NCBI RefSeq assembly: GCF_036321535.1
Contig: NC_087436.1
Coordinates: forward strand, 74,464,001-74,528,000
From: Camelus dromedarius
Taxonomy: Eukaryota
Reading direction: 5' to 3'
DNA length: 64,000 nucleotides
This document shows, piece after piece, positions 49,440-62,599 of this stretch. The position numbers and the translations under genes were made by a program. The notes under the pieces are model-generated. The model saw nothing but the letters and a program-made list of their open reading frames with translations, was not told the origin of the DNA and ran no database searches. The stretch's first letter is position 1. Every line of letters begins with the position of its first letter.

Positions 49440-50495
49440 TTTTAAAAAAATTATTGGGATTTAATTGATCTATAACATCGCATAAGTTTAAGGTACACAA
49501 TGTGTTGATTTGACACATGTATATATTGCAGCTTCTGATAACCACCAATCTACTCCCTGTTTATATGACTTCAGTTTTTTTAGATTCCACAAAAAGTGAT
49601 ATTATACAGTATTTGTCTTTTTCTTTTTCTTTTTTTTAACATTTTTTATTGATTTATAATCATTTTACAATGTTGTGTCAAATTCCAGTGTAGAGCACAA
49701 TTTTTCAGTTATACATGAACATATATATTCATTGTTACAGTTTTTTCTCTGTGAGCTACCATAAGATCTTGTGTATGTTTCCCTGTGCTATACAGTATAA
49801 TCTTGTTTATCTATTCTACAATTTTGAAACCCCAGTCTATCCCTTCCCACCCTCTGCCCCCTTGGCAATCACAAGTTTATATTCTATGTCTATGAGTGTA
49901 TTTCTGTTTTGTATTTATGCGTTTTGTTTTGTTTTGTTTTGTTTTGTTTTGTTTTAGATTCCACATATGAGCGATCTCATATGGTATTTTTCTTTCTCTT
50001 TTTGGCTTATTTCACTTAGAATGACATTCTCCAGGAGCATCCATGTTGCTGCAAATGGCGTTATGTTGTCGGTTTTTATGGCTGAGTAGTATTCCATTGT
50101 ATAAATGTACCACATCTTCTTTATCCAGTCATCCATTGATGGACATTTAGGCTGTTGTCTTTTTCTGACTTTTCTTATTTAGAATAACACTATCCGTGTT
50201 GTTGCAAATGGCAGGATTTCCTTCTTTCTCATTGCTGAGTAATCTTTCATTGTGTGTGTATATTTTATATATATATATATATATATATCCGTCTACCTAC
50301 ATATCTATCTATATATTCTTTATTCGTTCATCTGTTGATAGATACTTAGGTTTTTTCCATACCTTGGCTATTGTGAATAATGCTGCAGTAGAAATGGGAG
50401 TGCAGCTATCTCCTTGAGATCCTGTTTTTATTTCTTTTGGGTACATATCCAGGACTGGAATTGCTGGATCATATGGTAGTTCTATTTTTAAGTAA
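49440..50495 (-). mobile_element. Older L1 (L1MA-like) 3' region with a nested young L1
   Basis: cataagtttaaggtacacaatgtgttgatttgacacatg...; the translation LPYDPAIPVLDMYPKEIKTGSQGDSCTPISTAALFTIAKVWKKPKYLSTDERIK is the L1 ORF2 C-terminus. Confidence 0.88.
49625..50154 (-). mobile_element. Young (probably camelid-specific) 5'-truncated L1
   Basis: Intact ORF2 C-terminus MDDWIKKMWYIYTMEYYSAIK...YHMRSLICGI*. Exact 12-bp TSD ttgtctttttct at 49613-49624 and 50155-50166. Confidence 0.93.
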
Positions 50496-51935
50496 TTATT
50501 TTTCTTTATGAAGGTATGGTGACCTGGGGACCCCAATATATTGGTAGTGGGAATATAAATTGGTTGATTCTTTCTGAAAAATAACCCAACTCTATGTATC
50601 AAGTGTTTTAAAATATTCATACTGATAGATTCAGTAATTTCACTTTCAGGAGCATTTCTTAAGGAAATAATTAGAAATTTAGACATGTGTGCAAAGATGT
50701 TTATTGTGCTTTCTATAATAGCAGGATGGAAGAATGAAAGGAAAGGAGGAAAGAAGGAAGGAGAAAGGAAGGGAGGGAAGAAAAAGAGAGAAAAAACCCA
50801 GAAATTGAAAACAACCTAATATTCAATAACCAGGTTGTGATTACATAAATTTCAATGTGCTCATATGATGGACTATTTTGCAGCCAGAAAGAGAATTCTA
50901 TTTATAACAAGGGTTGATATTTTTATGCATTAAAGCTAGAAAAAAATGTTACACTAGCTCAAGAAAAAAAGTTAAACACTCCTTATGGAAATGATAGGCA
51001 AAGATATAAATAGGAAATTTACAAAGAAAGAAAAAAATGGCTAGTAAAATATTTTAAAAAATTTAATCACTAATTGTTACATAAATTTAAATTTAAAAAG
51101 CTACAAGCTATCATTCTTTACTATAAAAGTGGCAAAAAAAATGGTACCCAGTGCTGCCAAGAGGGCACAGGACCTTTCTGTAAATATGTATCAAAGCTTC
51201 AAAACATGCAAAAAATATATATATATGTGTATGTGTGTCTGTGTGTGTGTATATATATATTCATAGCCTAATGAGAATTTCTTAAATTTTCTTTGTAGTA
51301 ACTTTTTTCAACACCAAGTTAGTTAGATGTTGAATGAAAAGAAAAAGAGAAGTATGATGCATATTACCATCTGAAAGAAGCCAGTCTGAAAAGGCTACAT
51401 AATGCACGATTCTATTTCTATGATGTTCTGGAAAGGCAAATCTATAAAATCTGTAAACAGATGAGTGGTTGCAAGGGGTTCAGGTAAGATTGTGGTAATG
51501 GATTGAGTTGGAAACATCAATATGAACTCTTGATAATCTTAGTATAGATACAAATAAAAATATTTATAGATTTATACATATACACTGGTTGGTATACACA
51601 CATATTCCCTTAATCTGGCAGCCAGGAAGGCCAAGAAGCAATTACACTCCATTTGGCAATGAGCACACCCAGTCCCCAGATCTTGGTTTCTAATATAATT
51701 CTCAAATGAAAGGACCCAGAGCCTTTAGAGAAATGGCAGATTCCAGATCTGGGTCAGGAAATACACAATATATGCCTGGAGCACTTTGCATTGCCAGAAA
51801 GTAAGGAAGTACTCAAAAGCAACCAACAGAAGCAATGATGGGGGTATGTGTAAGGGACACAGTAGCTGAAGGAGCTCCCTGTGCCATTCTCATTACATCG
51901 TATCAGGGACTCTATGCCAACATGACCCCTCATTT

Positions 51936-52072
51936 TACTTATTATTTTTTATATGGGGGGGAGGTAATTGGGATTTTATTTATTTACTTATTTTTAGTGG
52001 AGGTACTGGGGATTGAACCCAGGACCTCATGCTTGGTGGGCACGTGCTCTTCCACTGAGCTATCCCTTCCCC
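51936..52072 (-). mobile_element. Vic-1-like SINE
   Basis: ggggaggtaattggg...tggaggtactggggattgaacccaggacctcatgc...ccactgagctatccc. Confidence 0.9.
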
Positions 52073-52552
52073 CCCATTGTTGATATTGTTAATCGTCTGG
52101 CTGAGTAGTGTTTGTCAGTTTTCTCCACTGCGTGATGTAAGGACAATGGCACTTTACCTCTTTGATCTTCTTACCACAGACTCTTAACCTCAGTATAGTC
52201 ATGAGGAAAATGTCAGACAAATCTACATTGAAAGACATCCTACAAAATTCCTGACTAGTTCTCCTCAAAACCTTCCAGGTCATCAAAAGCAAGGAAAGTC
52301 TGAGAAACTGTCACAGCCAAGAGGAGCCCAAAGAGACATGACAGCTAAAAGTAATGGGGTATCCTGTACAGGATCCTGGAACAGGAAAAGGACATTAGGT
52401 AGAAACTAAGGAAATCTGAATAAATCATAGATTTAAATGAATAATAATTTATCAATATTGGCTCCTTGATTGTAATAAATGCACTGTACTCCTATAAGAT
52501 GTTAATAATAGCAGAAACTGAGTATGGGTTATGTGAGAACTCTATATACCAT

Positions 52553-52961
52553 TTTTTTTAAATTCTTTTTTTTTTATTGACGTGTGATTGATATACATTA
52601 GTTTCAGGTATACAGCAAAGCGATTCAGTTATACATATATATATATTTTTTTCAGATTCTTTTCCATTACAGCTCATTACAAGACATTGAATATGGTTCC
52701 CTGTGCTATACAGTAGGTCCTTGTTGTTTACCTATTTTGCATATAGTAATGTGTACCTGTTAATCCAAACTCCTAATCTATCCCTCCACTCCCCCTTTCC
52801 CCTCTGGCAACCACAGTTTGTTTTCTATGTCTGTGGGTCTGTTTCTGGTTTGTAAGTAAAATCTGTATCTTTTTTTAGAGTCCACATAAGCGACATCACA
52901 TGATCTTTGTCTTTCTCTGTCTGACTTCACTTAATGTGATAATCTCTAGGTCCACCCATGT
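52553..52961 (-). mobile_element. Artiodactyl-type L1 3' end nested in the older L1
   Basis: Same family as 880-1629. Decayed TSD tctatataccat/tctgtatactat at 52541-52552 and 52962-52973. Confidence 0.88.
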
Positions 52962-54397
52962 TCTGTATACTATCTTCACAACTTTTCTGCAATGTAAAAA
53001 CATTTTTAAACAGAAGGGTTATTAAAAAATGATAGCCTGTAAAAAATAGCTTTGAAACTGGAAAAAATTAAAGGGACCTGTGGCTTGTTGTAAACAAATA
53101 CACAACATCAATCCCTTTCAAGGAAGGATTTGCTTCCCAGCCACTGGGAGTGCAGTTAGCAAACAGTCTCAACTATTAGGTGCTTTAGGGTCTGCCTCAG
53201 CTGTAGAGAAAGACCCTTCCTAAGGGCACAGTGTCCAGAAGCAGCCCATATAGGGTCTGAGCAAGGCGGATATAAGGCCCACCATCTTGGCCCAAAGAGG
53301 GACAACTCTTATTTGGTCTACATTATGTTTCAAATTCTCCCTGTGCCCGGTCTGGCTTCATCCTGTTTCTTTCCACATCCCTAATAAGCATCTTGCACCC
53401 CAAACTCTACTTTAGCCTTTGCTGGCAGGTCACGATCTGCCCATCATGGGCCTCCTCTCTTAACAGATGAATTTTATGTCGTATTAAAGATCATTTCCCT
53501 CTGAGACTTACCTGGATCCCCAACTTATGCTTAAATATTGAAACATGTTTACTTAATGCCTTCTCTATCATCATTTAAAGAAGTCTACAGACATGAACTT
53601 GTACCCTGGAATTTCATAGGCATATCTGAATACAAATGGCATCCTGATACACTCACGGTTGCTTTTGCCTGTCCAGCAGCCCTTTCTCCTTCTTTTGAAA
53701 AGAGTATTTCCATTTTTATTTTGGGGGCTACATATGTCTCTGCCTTGGGATTTTGGTGGGATCCATTAAGGTGCAGGTGCACACACACATAGGGGCTAAG
53801 GGGTGGGCACCCAATCCAAGCCAGACCAGCCAGATTTTCACCTGGGCATTTGAGTCTTGGGCAGAGTGACAGAAGGTTGGAAAATAAAGCTGAGTCCTGC
53901 CATTAGTAATACCTGGAGGGTGGTTCCTCTCCTATGTAAGGCCTGACTGTTCATCATATATGAGCTACCCAGATCCTTACAATGAATGTCTATTTTGGTA
54001 ACTTTCGCCAGTGTCTATTTCTGTTGCTTGAACCAAAACCGAAAACAGTAACACCACCAGAAGGAAAAAAAAAAAAAGACGCTATTGGATATATTTCTAC
54101 TTTATAATCTTTATACACAGCATTAAATAAAGAATATTTCTGCAACACTCCTGAAATGTAGAGGGAGCTATTACAAAGTACTGAGGGCAGTAAGAGAGAG
54201 GTGGCTAAAGATGAGGGGTTTTCTCAAGTTCCTTTAATACCTACCAATCCCACTTACAGGAGTTTAAGGAAATAACTAAATAAGCAGTGAAAGGTGTATA
54301 TGCTAGGCTGTTGACCACAGAGTTATTTAAAAAAAGAAAATATATAAATTATCTAGATATCAGTGGGTAGTTGTGGTCATTACAAATGTAATGAAGG

Positions 54398-54490
54398 GGG
54401 TTGGGGGTGCATAGAGTGTGCTTGGTGTGCATGAGGTTCATCCCCCAGTACCACCATTAAGGGGGGAAAAAAAGGAAAAACATTAAAAAA
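54398..54490 (+). mobile_element. Degenerate Vic-1-like SINE
   Basis: tagagtgtgcttggtgtgcatgaggttcatcccccagtaccaccattaa. 14-bp TSD aaatgtaatgaagg at 54384-54397 and 54491-54504. Confidence 0.82.
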
Positions 54491-55297
54491 AAATGTAATG
54501 AAGGCTTGTATGCATTAATATGGAGAAATGTTCTGATATACTTTTAAGTGGAAAAAGTGACTATAAAAGAAATACCCCTTCTGTTTTTACAAATATATAT
54601 TTATCTCTATATAAATATGTATAGAAAAAAGCTAGAAATGAATATACATAAACATTGACATTTGCTATCTCAATGGTAGGGTATTAGAGATCTTTGTTCT
54701 TATATTTTTCAGAAATTTCCAATTTTTTTGCAAAGAGGTCATAGTACACCTATAATCAGAAATAATCAATGAACTATTAACAAGTAATGTTTTTGAAGAA
54801 TCTTCAACAATATAAAAATGTTAAGTAGAAAAAAGATATAAAGACTATTTTTAGCATCATTTAATTATTTTAAAAATTCACTGTTTTAGAAGAAAATATA
54901 CCAGCATGTTAATAAACTTTGAGAGGTTAGATTATTCGATTGTAAGATTCTTATAAATAAATAAACAAACAAGCAAATAAATACATGTACACACATATAA
55001 TTTATCTAAACAAAAATTAAAAGTAAAAAAATGTTTTTAATCCAGACACAAATATAAACCTTGTTATTGCATAGGACCAGAGAAAGAGTTGATTACACAT
55101 TTAAATTCAATCCCTTTCTGGTTATTCTGTTTCATCTAACTGGGAAGACTGATGATAAGAAGGATCAGGGAGAGAAAGAGACAGGTGATCAAGCTCTGTT
55201 TGGAATTAACCCCCCCAAAAACTGATGGACTTGGCCTCTTTTTTCAACTCAGTCCTCTCAGGGTCACTTTGATTCATGTCCAATCACTCTTCCAGAT

Positions 55298-55350
55298 ATA
55301 ATAATAACAATAACAACAACAACAACAACAACAACAATAATGATAATAAT
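55298..55350. repeat. (AAT/AAC)n trinucleotide repeat
   Basis: Read directly from the sequence. Confidence 0.9.
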
Positions 55351-55794
55351 ATTTATTATTATACTATTTTTATATATTATTAACATAATTTGCTACTGAA
55401 ACTGGAATATCAAACAGACATGCACAGTAGTCATGTCAAAACTGTAATAAGAGTATTAGCCCTTACATTTTTTAAAGTTGCTTTATTGGCTGGATGCATA
55501 AATAACTATTCACTGAATGTCCACCATAGGTACAGCCTTATACGAAAAATGAAAAATAAAATATTGTTAGTCTAAAAAATTAAATAATCTAACAGTGACC
55601 AAACAATTCAAAGTCATTCCAGAACAGTGTGTCTCCATGTTGGAGCCAGGATGACGCAGTAGCGAGTGCATGGGCTTAAGAGTCAGACTGCATTGGCTTC
55701 CCATCAGCCTCGACCACCTTCTTATTCAGCATAACCTGTAGACCCTATGAGCATCAATTTTCTCACCTGTAAAATGGAGAAGGTAATAGCTAAA

Positions 55795-56361
55795 TGTGGT
55801 AGTCAGCTACCAAGATACTCCCTAGTGATTCTTGCTTCTTGGTAACCCTTGATTCTTGCCTCTTGGTAACTGCTGTGTAGTCATATCCTGTATTGAATAG
55901 AGATAATTTGATAACCAATAGGATGTTTCAGGGATGATACAGAGTAATTTTTCTAACGTTAGCTTGTAAAAGATGTTGTGACTTCCACCTTGCTCTTTTC
56001 TCTGTTGTGGATCACTTATTTTGGGAAAGTCAGTTTCCATGTCATAAGGACATTCAGTCAGCCCTGTGGAGAAGTCTACATGGGGAGAACTGCAACCTTT
56101 CACCAACAATCAATGCCAACTTGCCAGGCATCTGAGTGAGCCACCTTGGGAGCAGATCTTTCAACCTTTGCCAAGCCTTCAGACAACTGCAGCCACAGCC
56201 CACATCATGACTGCAGTGTCATAGGAGACTCTGAGCCAGAACTACACAGACAAGCCACCTCTGATTTCCTGACCCACAGAAACTGTGAAATAATATGTGT
56301 TTATCATTTTAAGTCACTATATTTTGGGGTAACTTGTTATGCAGCAATAGCTAACCAATAC
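55795..56361 (+). mobile_element. MaLR solo LTR (MLT1F/G-like)
   Basis: tgtggtagtcagc...cctgacccacagaaactgtgaaataat...ttgttatgcagcaatagctaaccaatac. Contains a 21-bp internal tandem duplication (55826-55846, 55850-55870). Confidence 0.85.
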
Positions 56362-57116
56362 TCTATGCCATGATATATTAGTGTCTTTTTGTTTTCTTTA
56401 CCTTCTGCTCCAACATCAGACATTTGGGAGGGCAGAGTCTGGGGGCAGCATCTTTGGAAAGGAAAAGGGATGCTGAGGGCTGTAGATACAGATGTCAGTT
56501 TGTACAGGAGGGGGAATAGGACATTCCTGCTGGGATGATTTGGTTTTCTCTGTACATAGAAAGCATGGCATAGCTGCTAGAGAGAATGACAGGCATTAGA
56601 AAATATAAAAAACAAAACAAAAACAAAAAAACAGGTGTAGACAGTATGAATGTGTATTGATCTGATCTATGGGGTTCTGGTCTTTCTCCATCAATTCTCT
56701 GTGACCTAGGGGTAGAAATGATGAAAATAGCCAGCAACCAAGGAAAGCCCAAGGGAAAGTTCATCAATGGCCAAGGGTATTCAGGGCATTGGAACAGAAG
56801 ACTGATGCCCCTAGTAATACCGTGCGTAATTTCTTCTACATAAACACTATGGTTAGTGATTCATACTGTAAAATTGCCAAAATTTGACCATTTTGACCTA
56901 CAAAATGTCAGTTTCATGTAGCTCAACTTATATGAACTCTGTAAAGGTCAAACCCATGTCTTCCTTGTAAAGGAGTTGGAAAAGATGAACTCATTGAGGG
57001 GGAAAAAAGCTAGTCTCCTAAAAAAAAAAACAACCCTTAAGACTGAAGGGGATTTTTCTTGAATACTCTATTTCTCAATGCTTGGAACACAGTTTCTTAA
57101 AATCTTTTAAAATAGT

Positions 57117-57163
57117 TATATATATATGTGTGTGTATACACACACACACACACACATACACAC
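57117..57163. repeat. (TA)n(TG)n(CA)n compound microsatellite
   Basis: Read directly from the sequence. Confidence 0.88.
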
Positions 57164-58946
57164 GATTTAAAAAGGAAAAGATAGAAAGTATATAAAAGAA
57201 GAAAGTTAGTCTCCATCTGCATTATTTTCAGCTGAAAGTAACAGAAACCTGACAATTGACTAAAACTGACTTAAGTGATAGGTAAATGTATTAGTTCACT
57301 TATCAAAGTGAGATAGGATTCAAGAGTTAGTTGATTTAGCAGCTTAACGGTATAATCAAGGACCAGATTTTTTCTGTGTTTCTTCTCTGTTCTCCAGTCT
57401 GTGGGCTTCAGCCTGAGGCTGATTTCTTTGTTGTGAAATGGAAACAGCTGGGCTTCATGCTTCCTTGTTTGTGTCCAACAGTAGAGAGAAACGCTGACCT
57501 CCTCTGAATTTCTCCTAAGAGTGAGAAAGCACAATCCCAGAAGCTTTCAGCAAACCTCTCCTCTCATTTCACCAGACAGAACTGGGTCACACAGAACAGG
57601 TCACTGTCAAGGGAATGGAACCATACTTATATCAATCAGAGGCTTCCCTGGAGAAAAAATCAGTTTTCCAAAAGCATTTGGGTAAAATGGCTATGGTTGA
57701 GGCACCCATAGTGTTTATTATTTTGTCCCACACCGGCCCTATATGCCCTTTCACAGAGGGAAACACTATTAGCAGTTTCCTGTGCGTTCTTCTGAAGATA
57801 TTCTATACATGTTCACTTAGAAGCCTTTCTCTTTCTTCTTTTTATGGAAATGGGGCATAATATACACATTGTCTTACACTTTGCTTTTTTCCATAGTGTA
57901 TGATTGATAAACATTTAATGAATAGACGGTAAATATCTTGTAAGTCACGTGGTTTTCATTCTGATTGTGCACTTTGCTTATTTCCCTTTTATATGCCACT
58001 AGAATGAAAGTCTTTTTTTTTCTTCTTCTTCAATATTCCAGTCAATTTTACTTTGGGCTGAGGGGGAAATAGGGAGGTGTTTTACCTGGGTTGGGACCAG
58101 AGCATTCAACGGGATCAGCAGACCCTGGGTGTCAGTATGGTAGTGGCAGCAGGAAGGAAGCGTCAGGTGAAATACTATAGCAAAACAACAACAGTGAATA
58201 TATGTTGAGTGCATACATACAGGAGATGTTCCAGGTTGTGCTAAACATATACTCAGTAAGAACCGAGTAGGGCTGCTTGATCAGCTGTTTCCTCACATCT
58301 AAAGATTCTCCTTCAAATGCCAAACCTTATGTTTCTTAGTGACTTAGTGACAGAAGTGATTCTCCTTAGACTTGGTAAGAGCTGCATGAAGAAATGTGCG
58401 AGTGTAAGGAGGGGATGAAGTCTAACAAACCTGGGTTTGAATCCTGGCTCTGCTGTTTACTAGTATCACAATGATAATTGGACATTAGACAATTTCCTTA
58501 ATGTCTCTGTGCTTCACCATCTTCATCTGTAAAACAGGGAGAAATCACAGGGCTGCTGTGATGACTAAATGAAATATGCATGATGTCTGACAGAGTAGCC
58601 ATTCAATAAATCTCAACAGAAGTTTGATGGTATGTGATGACTTCTAGAGAAAGAGACCTACTCTTACAGGTTTTAACATAACAACAGCTACACTAGTACA
58701 GTAATTTTAAAAATAAATGTTATTGATGTATAACTGATATACAGTAATATACACCCAATTTAAGTATACAGATCAATAAGGTTTAACAAATTAATTCACC
58801 CATGTAGTCATCACCACAATCACAATTTAGAATAGTTTCATCACTCCAAAAACTGGTGTGCCCACTTTCAACTCTTGTGCCCTTTCAAGTCAATCCTCCC
58901 TTCCTGAGAACCCAGGCCACCATTATTTTGCTTTCTGTTACTACAG

Positions 58947-59094
58947 GTTTTTAAAAAAATGTTATCTTTTAAATTATTTATCTATTTTTTGTTGGGGGGA
59001 GGTAATTAGATTTATTTTTAATGGAGGTACTGGGGTTTGAACCCAGGACCTCATGCATGCTAGGCATGCACTCTACCACCGTACTGTACTGTCC
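58947..59094 (-). mobile_element. Vic-1-like SINE nested in L1
   Basis: aatggaggtactggggtttgaacccaggacctcatgcatgctaggcatgcactctaccac. TSD tctgttactacag/tctgtaactacag at 58934-58946 and 59095-59107. Confidence 0.9.
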
Positions 59095-59668
59095 TCTGTA
59101 ACTACAGTTTTGTGTTTTTAGACTTTCATATAAATGGATCATTTCTGTGTACTTTTTTTGTGTCTGGTTTGTTTCACTTGACGTAATGCTTTTGAGACCT
59201 ATCCACATTTTGCATGTATCTGTAGTTTATTTTATTGTTGAGTAGTGTCAATTGTATAGATTTTCCATAATTCCATAATAACCTGTTGAGGACTCTTGGA
59301 TTGTTTCCATTTTTTTGGCTATTATGAATAAAGCTGCTATAAATATTCTTTTTGTGGATACATTTTCTTATCTCTCTTGTGTAAAAACCTCTGATTGGAA
59401 TTATTGAATTATATGATAATTATATGTTTAACTTTACAAGAAGCTGCCAAGCTGTTTTCCAAAGTGATTGAATATTTTACATTCTCACTAACAGTGCGTC
59501 AGAATTCCAGTTACTCCACATCCTTCCTAACAATTGGTATTGCCAGTTTTTATAACTTTCACCATTTTAGTAGGTGGTATATAATTGTTTAATTTGCATT
59601 TCCCTAAAGACTGGTGATGTTGAGTATCATTTCATGTGCATTTGCCCAAATATACATCTCTTTCACAA

Positions 59669-60179
59669 TGTTATCTGGCTGAACCATACTGAATCCATTT
59701 TGTTAGCTCCATCTTGGGCCCACAGTCTTACCCCTCCCCTCTCTGCATGATTGACCTTTAGCCTACTCTCAAGGAATGTGCTCAAGCTAGATAAGTTCCC
59801 TATCAACTTTTATCCTTGCCTTCATCTGATGTGAAAATGGGAAGAATGCCTTTTGCTGATGCAGATGGTTAATTGTCATGAGACCCCCAGGGGGGAGGAA
59901 AAGCCCCAGTTCCCACCAGTGCAGATGTGCTTCTCCCTTGGAGTCAGATTCTATTTTTAGCTCTGGCCCCTATAAATTCTCTTGCACCCCATTCAGCGTG
60001 GCAGAGTGCAGCTGTGAATGCCTCTGGATTGGATCGTTGTCTGCCTGATCTCGCCTGTGTGTAAGTTACCCACAATAAACTTCATTAATTTCACTTTATG
60101 GAGTTGCCTACTTCATTTTTCAGTCTCAAACTTCCTTCTCAGTTCAGAGGATGTTATTTGATATCTTTGCCTCCTAACA
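59669..60179 (+). mobile_element. Endogenous retrovirus solo LTR (family unassigned) nested in L1
   Basis: Terminal inverted repeat tgtta...taaca; TATAAA at 59971-59976; AATAAA at 60074-60079. The L1 sequence resumes on both sides; no clear TSD. Confidence 0.75.
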
Positions 60180-61469
60180 GATATGTGTGTTCACGTATTT
60201 TACTCATTAAAAAAAACCTTTTTGCAAGTATTACAGATATTTTTTCCCCAGTCTGTGGTTTGCCTTTTCCTTTTCTTAAGAGTGCCTTTTGAGGAGCAAA
60301 GGTTTGAATTTTGATGATGTCCTGTCAGTTAATGCTTTCTCTGTCCCCTCTAAGAAATTATTGTCTAGCTCAGTCATTAAGATTTTTCTTATTTTTTTTC
60401 TGGAAGTGTCACTCTTTCAGTGTTTGCATTTAGGTTTATTATCCATTTGGATTCAGTATTTGTGTATAAATGAAATAAGGGTTGAGGTTCTCTATCTTTT
60501 TTTCTATATAGATATCCAATGGTTCTGGCATGATTTGTTGAAAAGGCCATCATTTCCCATGAAACTGCCTTGGCACCTTTGTTAAAAATTAACTGACCAT
60601 ACACGTATGGGTCTACATCTGGACTCTTTCAAAGGACTGTGCGACTGTACTTTGGCCAATTAAACAATGTCTTGATTATTATATCTTTTTAGTAAGTCTT
60701 GAAATCAGGTCAAGTTCCCCAACTTTGTTCTTCTTCAAAGTTGTTTTAGCTATCCTAGGTCTTTCATGTTTCTGCATAAATTTTGGGTTGTCAATTTCTA
60801 TAAAAAATTTCCCTGGGATTTCAGTTGGGATTACATTTGTGTATATAGATTGATTTGGGGAAAATTGCATTTGAAAAATATTGTCTTCTAATCCATGAAC
60901 ATGGTATATCCCTTCATTTAGGTTTCTCTTGTTTTCTTTCAACAGTGTTTTGTATTTTTTACAGTATCAATCTTGTACATATTTTGATAAATGTAACTCT
61001 TTTATGTTTTTGTTACTCTGTAACAGTAATTTTATATTTTTTTCATTATCACAATAACCATATCCATGAGGTGAATATGAGCTTCATTTTATAAGAAAAT
61101 GGGACTCAAAGAGATCAACAGCTGGCTCAGTATCATGTTTGGCTAATCTCACTTCTGGATATGTATCTTACAGATATGCTTTCATATGTTCAAAATGACA
61201 AGCACAAGGTTATTATTGTAGCAGTGTTTGTAATGGCAAAAGATTAGAAACAACTCTGAATTTATCAATGGGACTGTTAAATAGATAACAGTACAACATT
61301 AAAAATAACAGGCAGTAGTATAAAAGATTGAGGATGATAACTAGACACTTACATAAAAGAATATGCAAAACACATTGTTAAATAAAACAGGGTGCAGAAT
61401 GATACACACAGTATAGGGTTTTTTAAAAAATGTAAAACAGGGAACAGGGTAAGAAATAAGAACATATAT

Positions 61470-61544
61470 ATTTTTTAATTAATAGATTTTATTTTTTAGA
61501 GCAGTTTCAAGTTCACAGCAGAATTGAGCAGAAAATACAAAGAC
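61470..61544 (-). mobile_element. 75-bp L1 3'-terminal insertion
   Basis: ttttttaattaatagattttattttttagagcagtttcaagttcacagcagaattgagcagaaa. Exact 12-bp TSD aagaacatatat at 61458-61469 and 61545-61556. Confidence 0.82.
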
Positions 61545-61779
61545 AAGAACATATATTTATATTTGCTTGAAGTTGCTTAAGAAAACTCTGGAAAGATACA
61601 TGGGACACTAATGAAGTATTTCCTTCTTGAGGAGAGGGGTAAGGCCTAGACAGATGGTGAATAAGGTAGGAGACATCATTCTATACTAATTCATTCTGTG
61701 GAATATTCAATCTATAATACTTCATTCTATTATTTTATTTTTTAACTATGTAAATATATTACCTCTGAAATTGCAATTT

Positions 61780-62276
61780 TCTCCCAGTATCCATTTCTCA
61801 TTTCTTCCTTTTATAAATAGGATCCTTCTCCCATGTTTTAGAGGGCATATTGGTGCTATATAAAAGATTACATATCCTAGCCACCCTACAAAGAATGTTC
61901 ATGTGACTGAGTTTTTGCAGTGGACTGTGAGCAGAGGTGACATGGCTACAACCATGTCATTTCCTTAAAAGGATATTGCTTTCCTTCCACTTCCTCTTCT
62001 TCACCCTTCCCATGGGCTAGACTATGAATATGGTTTTGGTGAACCAGCTTAGATCACAGCAGGTGAGATAACAATCAGAAGTTGATGGAGCAAGAAGCAG
62101 CAATGAAGGACCATGGATCCCTGGATGATCTCAAGAAGCATATCTGCCAGTCTCTCTGGACTGCTCACCACCACCTCCTGGACTATTTCATAAGAGAGAA
62201 ATGAGTATCTTTTTTGGGCCACTGAGTTTTGGAGTATCTCTATTACAGCAACTTAGCCTATATTCAAACAAATACA
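61780..62276 (+). mobile_element. Old MaLR LTR (MLT1H/I-like)
   Basis: 3' end ccactgagttttggagtatctctattacagcaacttagcc...aataca. Confidence 0.6.
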
Positions 62277-62599
62277 TCAATTAAAAAAACTGCATAGCTT
62301 ATGATATTTGGCAGTGAAGGACATGAATCCAATTGTCCTGAATCCCAAGGCTATGTTTTTCACTGTGGATGAATAAAGAGGCAGCTTTGCAATGGCTAAT
62401 TCTGTTATAACAGAATATAATAGGGTGTAACAATGTTACATATATTATAACAGATTATAATAATGAAGCATGGAGCATAACCTGCCAAAATTTGTTATAC
62501 CAACCAACCAATATCCACTTCTGTTTATCCAAGTGGAACTAAATGAAACAGATAGAAGTATAGTGCCAGTGAATTTTGAAATCTTACGTTGGAAAGAGA

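Larger units (their letters stand above)
51345..53030 (+). mobile_element. Old L1 (L1MC/MD-like) 3'UTR with an internal inversion and two nested insertions
   Basis: gaaagaagccagtctgaaaaggctaca...; gagcacacccagtccccagatcttggtttctaa; ctcctcaaaaccttccaggtcatcaaaagcaaggaaagtctgagaaactgtcacagcc. Confidence 0.8.
58710..61020 (-). mobile_element. Old L1 (ORF2 3' part + 3'UTR), interrupted by a SINE and an LTR
   Basis: ORF2-like translations MYGQLIFNKGAK (60604 downward) and NVIPTEIPGKFFIEID...RPRIAKTTLKKNKVG (~60840-60720). Confidence 0.88.

Noticed and set aside
49954..50686. ORFs with protein-like sequence (also at 60389-60942 and 36439-37321)
   Set aside because: Fragments of L1 or L2 ORF2 within truncated repeats, not host genes.
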